Under the pieces are notes generated by a model. The model was not told the origin of the DNA and did not search any database. It worked only from the letters and a program-made list of their open reading frames with translations. This document shows positions 1 to 10,053 of a DNA stretch of 64,000 nt, piece after piece (the stretch's first letter is position 1; every line of letters starts with the position of its first letter). A program made the position numbers and the translations under genes. Location of the stretch: contig CANRIK010000002.1 in NCBI GenBank assembly GCA_947630705.1, forward strand, positions 87,524 to 151,523. Direction: 5' to 3'. This DNA comes from an uncultured Clostridia bacterium. Lineage in GTDB: Bacteria; Bacillota; Clostridia; Christensenellales; Borkfalkiaceae.

Positions 1-658
1 CTGTGGGTTTTTTAGCTGCGGCCGGTTTTGCCGCTTCCTTTTTCGTGGGTGAAGTTTTCACTGTATCCTTCTTTGCGGTGGCCGCCGCTTTTTTGGCCGC
101 CGGCTTGGGTTCTTCTTTGACGGGAGCTTCTTCCGCTTTTCCGTCCTTTATGACTACAACCATGGGTTCGGTTTTCTGTTCGTCAACTTTCTTTTCTACG
201 GGCTTTTCTTCCGTGGGCTTCTCCTCTTCGACGGGAGCTTCGACGGGAGCTTCGGTGGGAGCTTCTTCGACGGGAGCCGTTTCCTCTGCCGGTTTTTCTT
301 CGGCTGCGAGAGCCTCGGCAGGAGCCTCCTCTGCGAGCTTTTCTTCCGTGGGCTTCTCCTCTTCGACGGGGGCCTCGGTGGGAGTCTCTTCAACGGGAGC
401 CGCCTCTTCGACGGGGGCCGTTTCCTCTGCCGGTTTCTCTTCGGCTACGGGAGCCTCTTTCTCAACCGGCTTCGCTTGCGCCGTGGGTTCTTCCGTCTTT
501 TTGATGGCGAGTGCATGAGCCTTTGCTGCTTTGGCATTGTTCTTGGCTGTAACGCAGACGATTATGATTATCACGACTACCAAAAGAACAAGCGCCGCGA
601 GAATCGCCACCCACGCCCAGTTGGGGAGACCGATGGTCTGTTGAGTGAACCACTCCAT
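1..658 (-). CDS. membrane-anchored Pro/Glu/Ala/Lys-rich repetitive protein, C-terminus cut by window edge
   Basis: Own translation from ATG 658-656 (GAGAGG about 8 nt upstream): MEWFTQQTIGLPNWAWVAILAALVLLVVVIIIIVCV (one TM helix). Frame stays open to position 1 with reiterated EEKPTEE/APVEE units. Not in the ORF track because no stop lies inside the window. Confidence 0.55.
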   Translation of the reverse strand, partial: MEWFTQQTIGLPNWAWVAILAALVLLVVVIIIIVCVTAKNNAKAAKAHALAIKKTEEPTAQAKPVEKEAPVAEEKPAEETAPVEEAAPVEETPTEAPVEEEKPTEEKLAEEAPAEALAAEEKPAEETAPVEEAPTEAPVEAPVEEEKPTEEKPVEKKVDEQKTEPMVVVIKDGKAEEAPVKEEPKPAAKKAAATAKKDTVKTSPTKKEAAKPAAAKKPT

Positions 659-752
659 GGTTATGTACCTCTCATGTAAATTAGTTTATAATATTATATA
701 TTATCTTTATCATAAAATCAACAGAAATATCCGTTTTTTTTAAAAAATTTTG

Positions 753-774
753 AGAAAAAGCCGCCTTTCGCGGC
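753..774 (-). terminator. weak intrinsic terminator after fmdB-corA
   Basis: GCCGC-CTTTC-GCGGC hairpin (760-774) followed on the minus strand by a T-run (A-run 755-759 on plus). Confidence 0.4.
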
Positions 775-851
775 CGTTCGCGCCGTTGCGCGCACGTGAG
801 AGCGCATAGGCATGATTTTCTCGAAAAGGGCGGACGCGTCGGCGGACGCCC

Positions 852-1049
852 TCATTTGCACCCCGAACACGCGGAACAGTGACCCGAGCATTTTTTAACG
901 GTCTTGCCGGTGGCGGAATACATTGTGCCGCACCACAGCCTTACCGCCGCCGTTTTGCAGTCGGGACAGAGCGCCTCGTCCCCGTAATTTTTTACGAGCT
1001 CGTCGAATATCTTGCCGCAGGACGGGCATTTGTATTGCAGAATAGGCAT
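852..1049 (-). CDS. FmdB-family zinc-ribbon protein
   Basis: 65 aa. MPILQYKCPSCGK...CPDC has the two CxxC pairs typical of the FmdB/CxxC_CxxC zinc-ribbon family. Abuts the corA stop. Confidence 0.75.
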   Translation of the reverse strand: MPILQYKCPSCGKIFDELVKNYGDEALCPDCKTAAVRLWCGTMYSATGKTVKKCSGHCSACSGCK

Positions 1050-1050
1050 T

Positions 1051-2049
1051 TCATTCTCTCCTGTCCTTCCGCTTGCGGCGCTTTTTTGTGCCGCCGAGCC
1101 TTCTGAACGGCGAACCCTTGATTATCAGCACGGCAATCGCCACGGTGAGTATCACAGTACAGCCTATCACCAGCCAGAACCAGCCGGTCTGCCAGAATTC
1201 CACGCCGCTCTGAAAGGGTACGGGCATGTTCATTCCCCAGAATCCGGCTATCATGGTGGGCACGGCGAGAAGGATTGTTATTATTGTCAGCTTTCGCATC
1301 GTGTCGTTGGAGTTGTTGGAAATAACGGAGCCGTAGGCGTCCATGGTAACCGACAATATGTTCTTGTAGATATTGCAGGTCTCCGAAGCCTGACGGGTCT
1401 CGATAACAACGTCGTCCGAGAGGTCGTTCAGCTCCTCTTCGGCGGCTACCGCCTCGGTTTTGAGGAGTTTCAGATGCACTCGCTCATTGGCCGAAAGCGA
1501 AGTGGAGAAATACACGAGCGCGTTCTGCAAATCCAGCAGTTGAATTATTTCGGTATTGCGCATAGTGCGCTCCATCTCCGCCTGAATACGGTGATTTTTG
1601 CGGTCTATCTGTTTGAGGCAATACAGAAATCTCTTCGAATTGCCCAGCATGAACGTCAATGTAAAATGAACGGGTCTGTCGCAGTAAACTTTCTCTCTGC
1701 CCGTAATAAAATCTTTCAGAACGGTGTTGCCTTTAAGACATACGGTTATTATGCACTTCTTGTTGTATATTACTGCGAGAGGCAGAGTGGTATAGGAGTC
1801 GCCGTTGTTGCCTTCCTCGATTATCGGACAGTCGATAATGAACATATTCGCGCCGTCGTCAAACTCCGAACGCGCGCTCTCCTCTTCGTCGAGCGCGGCC
1901 TTTATCATGTCCTCTCCCACGCCCGTCAAAAGAGCGACTTCCTCGCATTCGTCGTCGGTAGGATTGACCATATCCACCCAGCAACGCTCCGTAAAGGAGT
2001 CGCCGCGAACGAGCGCGCCGTCTGCGCCGTTAGAAAAATACTTTACCAT
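1051..2049 (-). CDS. corA: CorA magnesium/cobalt transporter
   Basis: GMN signature (FWGMNMPVPF) followed by C-terminal TM helices. Start moved to ATG 2049 (AGGTGAAATT upstream) instead of track start 2136. Confidence 0.9.
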   Translation of the reverse strand: MVKYFSNGADGALVRGDSFTERCWVDMVNPTDDECEEVALLTGVGEDMIKAALDEEESARSEFDDGANMFIIDCPIIEEGNNGDSYTTLPLAVIYNKKCIITVCLKGNTVLKDFITGREKVYCDRPVHFTLTFMLGNSKRFLYCLKQIDRKNHRIQAEMERTMRNTEIIQLLDLQNALVYFSTSLSANERVHLKLLKTEAVAAEEELNDLSDDVVIETRQASETCNIYKNILSVTMDAYGSVISNNSNDTMRKLTIITILLAVPTMIAGFWGMNMPVPFQSGVEFWQTGWFWLVIGCTVILTVAIAVLIIKGSPFRRLGGTKKRRKRKDRRE

Positions 2050-2105
2050 AATTTCACCTCGCTTTCTTCTCTGTGCCGCAAAAACCCGATACGTATCCGC
2101 AAAAC

Positions 2106-2134
2106 ACAAAAAAATGCACGGAACTAATCCGTGC
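2106..2134 (-). terminator. intrinsic terminator upstream of corA
   Basis: GCACGGA-loop-TCCGTGC 7-bp stem followed on the minus strand by ATTTTTTT. Confidence 0.6.
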
Positions 2135-2284
2135 AAAAAATACTTACAAGGCTTCTTTCGTACGGATTAATTTGAATTGTTGCAATTATAACTTGGATCT
2201 TCCATAATTGTTTCCGTTTTTTTCTTTTTCAATACAATTATATAACATTATATTTTATTTGGCAAGTTTTTGTCACTATGTTTT

Positions 2285-3736
2285 TCAGATAAGAATTTTG
2301 CCCTCGATAAACGAAGAGAACAGTCCCTCCACGTCCGCTCCGCCGGAGGCGAAGCACGCTATCAGAGCTTCGGACGAAGCTATCTTTTTGCAATATTTTT
2401 CAAAGTAAGTTTCAAGGCACGTCGTGAATTTGTCGTCGCCCATCGATTTGCGAAGAATATCGAACATTATGAGCGGTTTGTTGTAGGCGATATTGGTATA
2501 CTCGTATTCCCCCGAAAAACTGCCTAAATTTCTCGTCATCGTAGTGTCCACCTCGTCGTTGAGCTGGCTGTACACAGAGAAAAATGCTCGGTAAGCTCTC
2601 GTGGCTCCCTCCACTATGGCAGTACGGGTGTAGCCGTAATCGGGATTGTTTTCGAAAAACATCAGAGTCGAGTATTCCGCGAGTCCTTCGTCCTGCCAAG
2701 CGCAGGTGAGCTGGTCGCTTCCGACCATGGCATACCACCACTGATGGGCGTTTTCGTGCACGATGGTATAAATATTGTCGGACGACTGCTGTCCGGAGGC
2801 TATCATAGTAAGCGCCGGATACTCCATTCCGCCGTATACGAAGCCCGTCTGCACCACGGAGAGCGTGGGATAAATGTATTTTCCGAAGGTCTGATTGAAA
2901 TATTCAAGGCTCTTTACCGCGGCTTTGAGACTTGCGGAAGGGTCGGAATCGTCTATATAGTAATAGCTGACTTCAACGCCGTCAACCTCTTCGGCGACAA
3001 CCTCGAATTTATCCGATAAAACTATGGCAAAATCGCGCGCTTCGGTCAATACGTATTGAGTTTTCCGTCTGCCGTTGACAATGCTCTCGCTCTGCGCTTT
3101 TCCGCTTGCCGCCGCCGTATAAGTTTCGGGGATATCGAGGTTCACGCTGTAATTCGCGCACTCCGACATAAAGGGGTCGCCGCAGGCATAGTAGGGACAT
3201 TCGACAAAGCCCTCGGCCGTGTACGCGCAGAGTATGGGGTAAAAATTGCCGAGGTTCACGCTGTCGGGGGTGACTCCCGTGCGATGATTTATTTTCGCGA
3301 GACTTAAAGTGAAGCTGATCTCCACCGTAGTTCTCTGCGCCGGATATACGGGCTCCGCAAGAGTTACCGAAAGGATATTTTCGTCCTCGCCGGATATCTC
3401 CCAGCTTGCACAGTTCTCTACGCCCGTTATCTCCATTCCGCCGTAGCTTTCTCCGGCGTAATAGGCGCGGCTCTTGAAGCTGTCGCTCACGGGGGAGTAC
3501 TTGGCTTCACGTCTGAAAGCGTTGCCGTAAAGGTTGAATTTGAGCTCTCCGAGCTCATTGTCGTAACAATTATAAAATTCAAAGGATTCCGTACCTGTAA
3601 GGCTCTCCGATTTTTCGTCGTATCTGACCGAAATATCATAGACGGAGATATCTTTGCTGCCGGAAGAACACGCCGCAAGCGCACCGAATGTAAGCGCGCA
3701 GCATATGATGAGTAAAACGGAAATTATTTTTTTCAC
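2285..3736 (-). CDS. M1-family zinc metallopeptidase, lipoprotein
   Basis: HENAHQWWY (HExxH) plus downstream WQDEGLAEY Glu gives the gluzincin M1 signature. Signal peptide with lipobox LAACS. GTG 3736 is preceded by AAGAGGTG. Confidence 0.85.
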   Translation of the reverse strand: MKKIISVLLIICCALTFGALAACSSGSKDISVYDISVRYDEKSESLTGTESFEFYNCYDNELGELKFNLYGNAFRREAKYSPVSDSFKSRAYYAGESYGGMEITGVENCASWEISGEDENILSVTLAEPVYPAQRTTVEISFTLSLAKINHRTGVTPDSVNLGNFYPILCAYTAEGFVECPYYACGDPFMSECANYSVNLDIPETYTAAASGKAQSESIVNGRRKTQYVLTEARDFAIVLSDKFEVVAEEVDGVEVSYYYIDDSDPSASLKAAVKSLEYFNQTFGKYIYPTLSVVQTGFVYGGMEYPALTMIASGQQSSDNIYTIVHENAHQWWYAMVGSDQLTCAWQDEGLAEYSTLMFFENNPDYGYTRTAIVEGATRAYRAFFSVYSQLNDEVDTTMTRNLGSFSGEYEYTNIAYNKPLIMFDILRKSMGDDKFTTCLETYFEKYCKKIASSEALIACFASGGADVEGLFSSFIEGKILI

Positions 3737-3819
3737 GATACACCTCTTAACAGAGATAATGTATGCTCCCAATTTCCGCCGTAAAACTACTTTCACATAT
3801 TTTATTCGGCTGAAATAAA

Positions 3820-4488
3820 ATGTACATTATGGTGTTTAGCGTCGTAAGCGAGGGCGAACTCGTAAACTGCGGACTTCCCGAATGCGACTTGGCGGTGTTC
3901 GGCTTCGGCGGACTGGGCGAAGTCGATTTCGAGCGCGAATTGACGGGGGACAGCGAAAAATTCGAGGAAGTGGCGCGTCTCTCCAAAAAATGCAACTGCG
4001 GAATTGTCTGCGGCTGTAAGACGATAAGCCGCGGACTTGTAAGAAAATCCGTGGCCGTTGCGGACAGGGGAAAACTTTTGGGGATTTCGGACATGAACCA
4101 CGTTCTCGACGCCGAACAGTTCAAAAGCGGCGTGGGGCTGGGATTCTACAAAGTGAACGGCTGTAAGATAGGAGTCTGCATTGAAAACGATTTACTCTTC
4201 CCCGACACTTTCAAGGCCCTCTCTCTCTGCGGCTGCAACGCGGTGATTGCCGTTTTGGAGGAAATTAAAGACGGAATTCCTCCCCTTCTCATACGCGCCT
4301 ACTCGTATCTGTACGGCGTGCCGATAGTCATGTGTGCGGGGAAAACCGCGCACTTTGCCGACGTGACCGGAGCGGTAGCCACTTCGGTGCAGGACGTGAG
4401 TCTGTTCGAAATAAGCACGCGCAACCGTTACCATATCGTCACTACTCGCACGAGGGGAATTTCCGCCGACATAAAAAACGACTATTGA
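3820..4488 (+). CDS. carbon-nitrogen hydrolase (nitrilase superfamily)-like protein, possibly inactive
   Basis: KIGVCIENDLLFPD resembles the Cys-nucleophile strand of CN hydrolases. The catalytic Lys strand is not obvious. Long ORF with local codon usage. Confidence 0.45.
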   Translation: MYIMVFSVVSEGELVNCGLPECDLAVFGFGGLGEVDFERELTGDSEKFEEVARLSKKCNCGIVCGCKTISRGLVRKSVAVADRGKLLGISDMNHVLDAEQFKSGVGLGFYKVNGCKIGVCIENDLLFPDTFKALSLCGCNAVIAVLEEIKDGIPPLLIRAYSYLYGVPIVMCAGKTAHFADVTGAVATSVQDVSLFEISTRNRYHIVTTRTRGISADIKNDY

Positions 4489-4584
4489 GGCATTCCGTCG
4501 GTATTCCGTTCGGGAAACCAAGAGCATCTCAAAACTTTGCTTCGGTTTAAATTCATACTTTTTGTATTGAAGAGAGACAGACAA

Positions 4585-4623
4585 AAATGCGCCGCCGCAA
4601 CTCATTGTTGTGGCGGCGCATTT
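4585..4623. terminator. bidirectional terminator between convergent genes
   Basis: AAATGCGCCGCCGCAAC-tcatt-GTTGTGGCGGCGCATTT near-perfect hairpin flanked by A/T runs. Confidence 0.8.
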
Positions 4624-4662
4624 ATCAAGCGTTTGTTTGTTTTTTCGTCTGCAAAAGTAATT

Positions 4663-5577
4663 TTACTGCTTGTCTATGATATCGAGAATTTCCGAAATTC
4701 TGTCGAGATCGTCGCGCGAATAGTAATCAATATATATGCGCCCCTTCTTTTCCGTGCCTATCAGACTGACCTTCGTGCGGAAGGCAAATCTCATGCGCTC
4801 CACAAGCTGTTTCAATTCGATGGAAGCGAGCGCACGCTTCTTTTTCTTGCGCTCTTCGAGCACCTCGGGAGGGATATTATAGGCGCGCACCCTCTTTTCG
4901 AGCTCGCGCACGGAGTACTGATTTTTCAGCGCGTCGTTTGCAAACTCTATCTGGTCCTCCGTGGGCAGCGGAACTATCGTACGCGCGTGACCGGCGGACA
5001 GTTTGCCCTCCGCCACCATCATCATTACCTCGGGGCAAAGATTCAAAAGCCTCAAAGTGTTCGCAACGGCCGGACGCGACTTGCCTATTCTCTCTGCCAA
5101 TTCGTCCTGCGTGAGCTTGTAATCTACCATGAGCTGTTTCATTGCCGTGGCGGCCTCTATCGGATTGAGGTCCTCGCGTTGAAGATTCTCTATGAGGGAA
5201 ATCTCTTTTATCTCCCTCTCGGAATACTTTCTTATGACGACCGGTATCGTGGACTTTTCCGCCAGCTTGCATGCGCGGAGTCGGCGTTCGCCGGCTATGA
5301 CCATGTACGTGCCGTCGCCGTTGTCGTTGACGACTATCGGCATTATTACGCCGTGCTTTTTTATCGAATCCGCAAGCTCTCTCAAAGCCTGTTCGTCAAA
5401 GTTTTTACGGGGCTGATTGGGATTGGGATATATCTTCGAAAGTTCCAGCTCCTCGGCGTTTTTCCGCTCCTCTTCGGTAAATTCGAAGGCGTTGCGGTGA
5501 GTTCTGAATATCTCCTCATAGGCCGCGTCTGTCTCGTGCATCAAATCGTCAAGTCCCTTTCCAAGTCCTTTTGCCAT
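4663..5577 (-). CDS. parB: ParB/Spo0J chromosome partitioning protein
   Basis: ParB box GERRLRA, HTH region, position downstream of parA. RBS GAGAGGTG. Confidence 0.92.
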   Translation of the reverse strand: MAKGLGKGLDDLMHETDAAYEEIFRTHRNAFEFTEEERKNAEELELSKIYPNPNQPRKNFDEQALRELADSIKKHGVIMPIVVNDNGDGTYMVIAGERRLRACKLAEKSTIPVVIRKYSEREIKEISLIENLQREDLNPIEAATAMKQLMVDYKLTQDELAERIGKSRPAVANTLRLLNLCPEVMMMVAEGKLSAGHARTIVPLPTEDQIEFANDALKNQYSVRELEKRVRAYNIPPEVLEERKKKKRALASIELKQLVERMRFAFRTKVSLIGTEKKGRIYIDYYSRDDLDRISEILDIIDKQ

Positions 5578-5636
5578 TTTTTCACCTCTCGTTTTGTATC
5601 TTTTTGCGATTGCCGTACTTTTTCGGATCTGTCAAG

Positions 5637-6401
5637 CTATTTCTGCTTGGATAAAAATTCCTCCGTAAGAGCTCTGTACGCTCTTGCGCCTACGCATTTC
5701 GGGTCATGCAACATCACGGGCACCCCGTGCGAAGGAGCTTCGGCAAGTCTGACGTTTCTGGGTATTATTATTTCATACAGCTTGTTTTTAAAGAATTTTT
5801 TGATCTCTACCGTGATCTGCTTGGAAATCAGCGCTCTGCCGTCGTAAAGAGTTATGACAACTCCCTCTATCTGCAACGAGGGGTTGAGGTGCTGTTTTAC
5901 CATGGCAATGGTGTTCATGAGCTGGCTAACTCCTTCAAGGGCGTAATACTCCGCTTGAAGAGGTATTATGACCGAATCGGAGGCCACCCACGCGTTGATA
6001 GTCAAAAGCCCCAGAGAAGGCGGACAGTCGATGAATATGTAGTCGTAATCGTCGCGCACCTTTTGAAGGGCGTCTTTTAAAATGCGTTCGCGCGAGCGTT
6101 TATATACCAAATCCACCTCTGCGCCCGTCAAATCGACGTTGGCCGGAAGAATATCCAGAAGTTTGACCTTCGTGGGCAGAATATTCTGCGAAACCGGCTC
6201 GTCCTCGACGAGAACGTTGTAAACCGACTTCTTCAAGGCGGATTTGGAAAAGCCCAATCCGGTAGTGGCGTTGCCCTGCGAGTCGATATCGACCAGCAGG
6301 ACTTTTTTGCCGAACTCCGCACAGTACGCCGCCATGTTTACGGCCGTCGTCGTTTTGCCTACGCCGCCCTTTTTATTTGTAAACGATATGATTTTCCCCA
6401 T
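5637..6401 (-). CDS. parA: ParA/Soj partitioning ATPase
   Basis: Deviant Walker A KGGVGKTTT, typical 254-aa length, operon with parB. Confidence 0.92.
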   Translation of the reverse strand: MGKIISFTNKKGGVGKTTTAVNMAAYCAEFGKKVLLVDIDSQGNATTGLGFSKSALKKSVYNVLVEDEPVSQNILPTKVKLLDILPANVDLTGAEVDLVYKRSRERILKDALQKVRDDYDYIFIDCPPSLGLLTINAWVASDSVIIPLQAEYYALEGVSQLMNTIAMVKQHLNPSLQIEGVVITLYDGRALISKQITVEIKKFFKNKLYEIIIPRNVRLAEAPSHGVPVMLHDPKCVGARAYRALTEEFLSKQK

Positions 6402-6414
6402 AATTTACCTTTAA

Positions 6415-6430
6415 AGTTTCACGAGAAACA
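6415..6430. other. parS-like site (14/16 to palindromic consensus)
   Basis: AGTTTCACGAGAAACA versus TGTTTCACGTGAAACA, in the ftsH-parA spacer. Confidence 0.5.
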
Positions 6431-6446
6431 TTTGGGTTTCAAGACC

Positions 6447-8612
6447 TTATTCCTTGTCTTGTCCGCCGTCGGCGTCAACGCCTCCGTCAATAGAACCTTC
6501 ATCCTTCTCCGTCTTTTGGGCAGAGCCGAGCTCGCCGTCTTTTTTAAGTTCTTCGGCTTTGCCCGATTCGGAAGTGTGTGCCGTATCCGTTGTGGGACGG
6601 CCGGCCTCGTATCTCTTAAAGGGATTATCCCTATGCTTATTGTCCTGTTCGTCCATGTAGGCTATAACCTCGGCGTAATTCTTGCCCTCCATGAGGAGGT
6701 CCACTTCCTCGGTATATATGGTTTCGCGCTCTATCAAAACTCTCGCCATATTGTCGAGTATGCTCCTGTTGTCGGTGAGCAATTTTGTTGCGCGCGCGTG
6801 GGCCGCCTCGATTATCGCGTGCATCTCCGAGTCTATCGCTTTTGCGGTCTCTTCGGAGTAGGCGTTGTGAGTTTCCATATCCTTTCCGAGGAATACCGTC
6901 TGTGAGTTGGAGCCGTAGGTGACAAGGCCGAGCTTGTCGCTCATGCCCCATTCGGTTACCATGCGCTTGGCGTTTTCGGTCACGCGTTCAAGGTCGTTGG
7001 ACGCTCCGGTAGTTATATCCTTTATTACTATTTCCTCGGCAACTCTGCCGCCGAGCATCATGCAGATTACGTCGTTCAGTTTTGCTTTGGAGAGGTGCAT
7101 GTCGTCGCTGTCCGGACGGGTCATGGTATAACCCGCCGCATTGCCGCGCGGAATTATGGTGACTTCCTGCACGGGATCGCAGTTCTCGCAAAGCCTTGCG
7201 ATTATCGCATGGCCGGACTCGTGATAGGCCGTAATGCGTTTGTCGCTTTCGGTGACTACCCAGCTCTTCTTCTGGGGACCCATCAACACCTTATTGATGC
7301 CCTCGTAAAGCTCGGTATTTGTAATGAATTTTTTGCCGGCACGCGCAGCCAGAATAGCCGCCTCGTTCAAGAGATTGGCCAAATCCGCTCCGGAGAATCC
7401 GGCGGTCATTCTTGCAACGGTCTTGAAGTTGACGTCGGGAGCCAGAGGCTTATTGCGCGAATGCACTTTGAGAATCTGCTCCCTGCCCTTGACGTCGGGA
7501 AGGTTGACGTAAATTTGCCTGTCGAATCTGCCCGGGCGCATGAGCGCTGGGTCGAGAATGTCGGCGCGGTTGGTCGCCGCCATAATTATTATGCCCTCGT
7601 TGGACTCGAAACCGTCCATCTGGACAAGTATCTGATTGAGGGTCTGCTCGCGTTCGTCGTTTCCGCCGCCGAGACCGGCTCCGCGGTGACGGCCGACGGC
7701 GTCGATTTCGTCTATGAAAATTATGCACGGCTGGTTCTTTTTAGCCATATCAAATAGGTCGCGCACACGCGAAGCGCCCACGCCGACGTACATTTCTACG
7801 AAATCCGAACCTGATACCGAGAAGAAGGGCACTCCGGCTTCGCCGGCCACGGCCTTTGCAAACAGCGTTTTACCCGTTCCGGGAGGGCCTACAAGCAATA
7901 CGCCCTTGGGTATCCTCGCACCGAGGTCGGAAAACTTCTTGGGCTGGCGCAAAAACTCCACTATTTCCGCAAGCTCTACTTTTTCTTCCTCTGCGCCGGC
8001 CACGTCGGTAAAGCGCACACGTATATTCGTGGTGACGCTTGCCTTGGATTTGGCAAAGCTGGTAATTCTTCCGCCGCCGCCCATGGTGGAGCGTATCAAA
8101 AAGAAGAATATCACGCACACAAGCACGAGCGAGCCTATCGTAAGAGCCGTAGACCACCAGCTGCCGGCGTTGGGATTCTCAAAAGTCATGGAGACGCCGA
8201 GCGCCATCCACTCCTGAATAGTCTGGTCGTCCGCCGTAAAACGGGAAGGTCCGAAGCAGGTATATTGCTGACCCCAGCTTCCGTTGGCATTCTTTACGGT
8301 GCCGGTGTACTGATAGGCATTAAACTGTATGCGCTTAATGGCTATAAGCTCCTCTTTAACGGTATTTCCGTTCTGATCGGTAGTATTTTTAATCCATCTG
8401 TCGTTCTCTATCGTATAACCTTCGGGGCCATTCTCCGTATTAACGGCCTTGCCGTTGTCGTCGTAATACGCGGAGTTTTCAACGTATTCTACAAAAACAT
8501 TGTAGTCGACGGTAGTGGCCCGAGGCATCATGTTCGTGATGAGAACAACGATAACAGCGACTATGAGCGCAAAGATTATCACCCACATCACTATCTTGCC
8601 TTTTCTGCTCAA
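6447..8612 (-). CDS. ftsH: ATP-dependent zinc metalloprotease FtsH
   Basis: N-terminal TM, Walker A GPPGTGKT, Walker [14 protein letters not shown] zinc site. TTG start 8 nt after AAGGAG. Long extracytoplasmic loop and acidic C-tail. Confidence 0.95.
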   Translation of the reverse strand: MSRKGKIVMWVIIFALIVAVIVVLITNMMPRATTVDYNVFVEYVENSAYYDDNGKAVNTENGPEGYTIENDRWIKNTTDQNGNTVKEELIAIKRIQFNAYQYTGTVKNANGSWGQQYTCFGPSRFTADDQTIQEWMALGVSMTFENPNAGSWWSTALTIGSLVLVCVIFFFLIRSTMGGGGRITSFAKSKASVTTNIRVRFTDVAGAEEEKVELAEIVEFLRQPKKFSDLGARIPKGVLLVGPPGTGKTLFAKAVAGEAGVPFFSVSGSDFVEMYVGVGASRVRDLFDMAKKNQPCIIFIDEIDAVGRHRGAGLGGGNDEREQTLNQILVQMDGFESNEGIIIMAATNRADILDPALMRPGRFDRQIYVNLPDVKGREQILKVHSRNKPLAPDVNFKTVARMTAGFSGADLANLLNEAAILAARAGKKFITNTELYEGINKVLMGPQKKSWVVTESDKRITAYHESGHAIIARLCENCDPVQEVTIIPRGNAAGYTMTRPDSDDMHLSKAKLNDVICMMLGGRVAEEIVIKDITTGASNDLERVTENAKRMVTEWGMSDKLGLVTYGSNSQTVFLGKDMETHNAYSEETAKAIDSEMHAIIEAAHARATKLLTDNRSILDNMARVLIERETIYTEEVDLLMEGKNYAEVIAYMDEQDNKHRDNPFKRYEAGRPTTDTAHTSESGKAEELKKDGELGSAQKTEKDEGSIDGGVDADGGQDKE

Positions 8613-8850
8613 ATTATTGCTCCTTTTAATAAGTATTTTATTTTTAACAAAGTTACTATCGATTTTATCATATATTTTTGCTCATTTCAAGCGTTTGGTG
8701 CTACAAATCGCAGTTTATCACACAATTTTTATTTTGCCAAAGGCCTTCGTCAACGTATTTTTTGCCTGCCGATAGACCTCATGCCGGACAAAACATAGGC
8801 TGTTTTACAAAAATATATCATATGCGCCACGCAAATTTTTATTACAAAAA

Positions 8851-8866
8851 TGTTTCTCGTGAAACT
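8851..8866. other. parS-like site (14/16)
   Basis: TGTTTCTCGTGAAACT versus TGTTTCACGTGAAACA. Confidence 0.5.
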
Positions 8867-8893
8867 TTCCGCCAAATTTTTTCGACGTAGATT

Positions 8894-8909
8894 TGTTTCA
8901 CGTGGAACT
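8894..8909. other. parS site (15/16 to the B. subtilis consensus)
   Basis: TGTTTCACGTGGAACT. The reverse complement of TGTTCCACGTGAAACA is TGTTTCACGTGGAACA. Confidence 0.75.
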
Positions 8910-8941
8910 AAAAGCGCGATATTTTGCCGTTTTGTGACTTG

Positions 8942-9165
8942 TGTGGATAATTTTTCTGAAAATCCAACGTTTTTTATTCGGTTTTCGTGTGGATTTCTTT
9001 ATTTAAAGTTCAAAAAATGTGGATACTTTTTCAGGTGTTTATGCCTATATCATCTTAAAATCGGCCGGTTTTAATTATTTTGTGTGATTTTGTGGATAAA
9101 ATTCTCTCATTTTTGCCGCCGGAGGCATCAAATTTGAAGTGGAATTGTTGTTTAATTGTGGATAC
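8942..9165 (+). other. DnaA-box cluster, candidate oriC segment
   Basis: Five same-orientation boxes: TGTGGATAA 8942-8950 and 9091-9099 (perfect complement of TTATCCACA), TGTGGATAC 9018-9026 and 9157-9165, TGTGGATTT 8988-8996. They lie in a 765-bp AT-rich gene-free gap. Confidence 0.7.
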
Positions 9166-9392
9166 AATGTTGATAATTTTTTCAAAGTTTGTGCGTATGG
9201 ACGAAATTCTGGCGCAAGTCATGGTCCGCGCCGCCTTTTGAAAGTGGGCGCAAGAACTGTGTTTCGATTAAATATCGGTAATTTAAATGTAACGGCGCAA
9301 AAAAACGATACATAATATGGAGAGTAAAGGAAATTTTTCGTATTCAGGATAAATTTCCCGACTCTGGGCAATAAAAGATGACGAGGTTACTT

Positions 9393-9953
9393 ATGGACTA
9401 TTCGTTTAATCTTTATAATTCGCTTGCGGCGGACGGCGTATGCATTTCGCTCAAAAAAACTCTGCCCGAAGCAAACTTTACTCCCATAATATTATGTATA
9501 GGAAGCGACCTTTCGGTAGGAGACAGTCTCGGCCCCATCACCGGAACCAAGTTGAAAGAAAAACTGTCCGGAATGAACTGTTTTGTTTACGGCACGCTGT
9601 CGAAGCCCATTACGGCGCACGAAGTGAAATACATGAATGAATTTTTGCGGCGAACTCATCCGGACTGCCCCGTCATAGCCGTAGACGCGGCAGTGGGGCT
9701 CGCCGGCGATATAGGACTTATCAAAATTGCCAAGCGCGCCATAAAACCCGGGAGCGGCGCAAACAAAAAACTCTCCAAAGTGGGCGACGTCTCCGTAATG
9801 GGAATAGTGGCGGAGAGGTCGGTGTTCAATTACTCTCTGTTTTCGGCCACCAGATTGAATATCATATACAGAATGTCTGAAATCATTGCCGAGGGAATCT
9901 CTTCGTTCATACTTGAAAACATGAGAAATTGCGAGGTCTCCGCCGCGTTTTAA
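9393..9953 (+). CDS. yyaC: YyaC-family (DUF1256) putative sporulation protease
   Basis: IILCIGSDLSVGDSLGP...VIAVDAAVG...IKPGSG...TRLN matches my recollection of B. subtilis YyaC nearly block for block. Start moved to ATG 9393 (GAGG 6 nt upstream); track start is 9378. Confidence 0.8.
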   Translation: MDYSFNLYNSLAADGVCISLKKTLPEANFTPIILCIGSDLSVGDSLGPITGTKLKEKLSGMNCFVYGTLSKPITAHEVKYMNEFLRRTHPDCPVIAVDAAVGLAGDIGLIKIAKRAIKPGSGANKKLSKVGDVSVMGIVAERSVFNYSLFSATRLNIIYRMSEIIAEGISSFILENMRNCEVSAAF

Positions 9954-10010
9954 GGCAATCCGTCCAAACGGTTTGCCCGTTTTTTTGGTTTGCGCCTTAA
10001 AGGACAAACA

Positions 10011-10040
10011 AAAATCCTCCGAGAAATTCGGAGGATTTTC
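10011..10040. terminator. bidirectional terminator
   Basis: AATCCTCCGA-gaaa-TTCGGAGGATT hairpin flanked by AAAA and TTT. Confidence 0.75.
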
Positions 10041-10053
10041 TGTTTAAAGCCGG

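Noticed and set aside
3-518. 171-aa plus-strand ORF rich in Ser/Gly/Ala/Phe
   Set aside because: It is the antisense translation of a repetitive GAA/GAG/CCC-rich minus-strand gene that has a proper SD, ATG and TM helix. It has no start context of its own.
2050-2115. M-box (Mg) riboswitch upstream of corA
   Set aside because: Only about 65 nt separate the upstream terminator from the corA start, far too short for an M-box aptamer.
1012-2127. 371-aa plus-strand ORF
   Set aside because: It lies antisense to corA, whose GMN motif and TM layout are unambiguous. This ORF has no recognisable motifs.
4537-5847. 436-aa plus-strand ORF
   Set aside because: It lies antisense across parB and the end of parA. 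It is a shadow ORF typical of GC-biased coding DNA.
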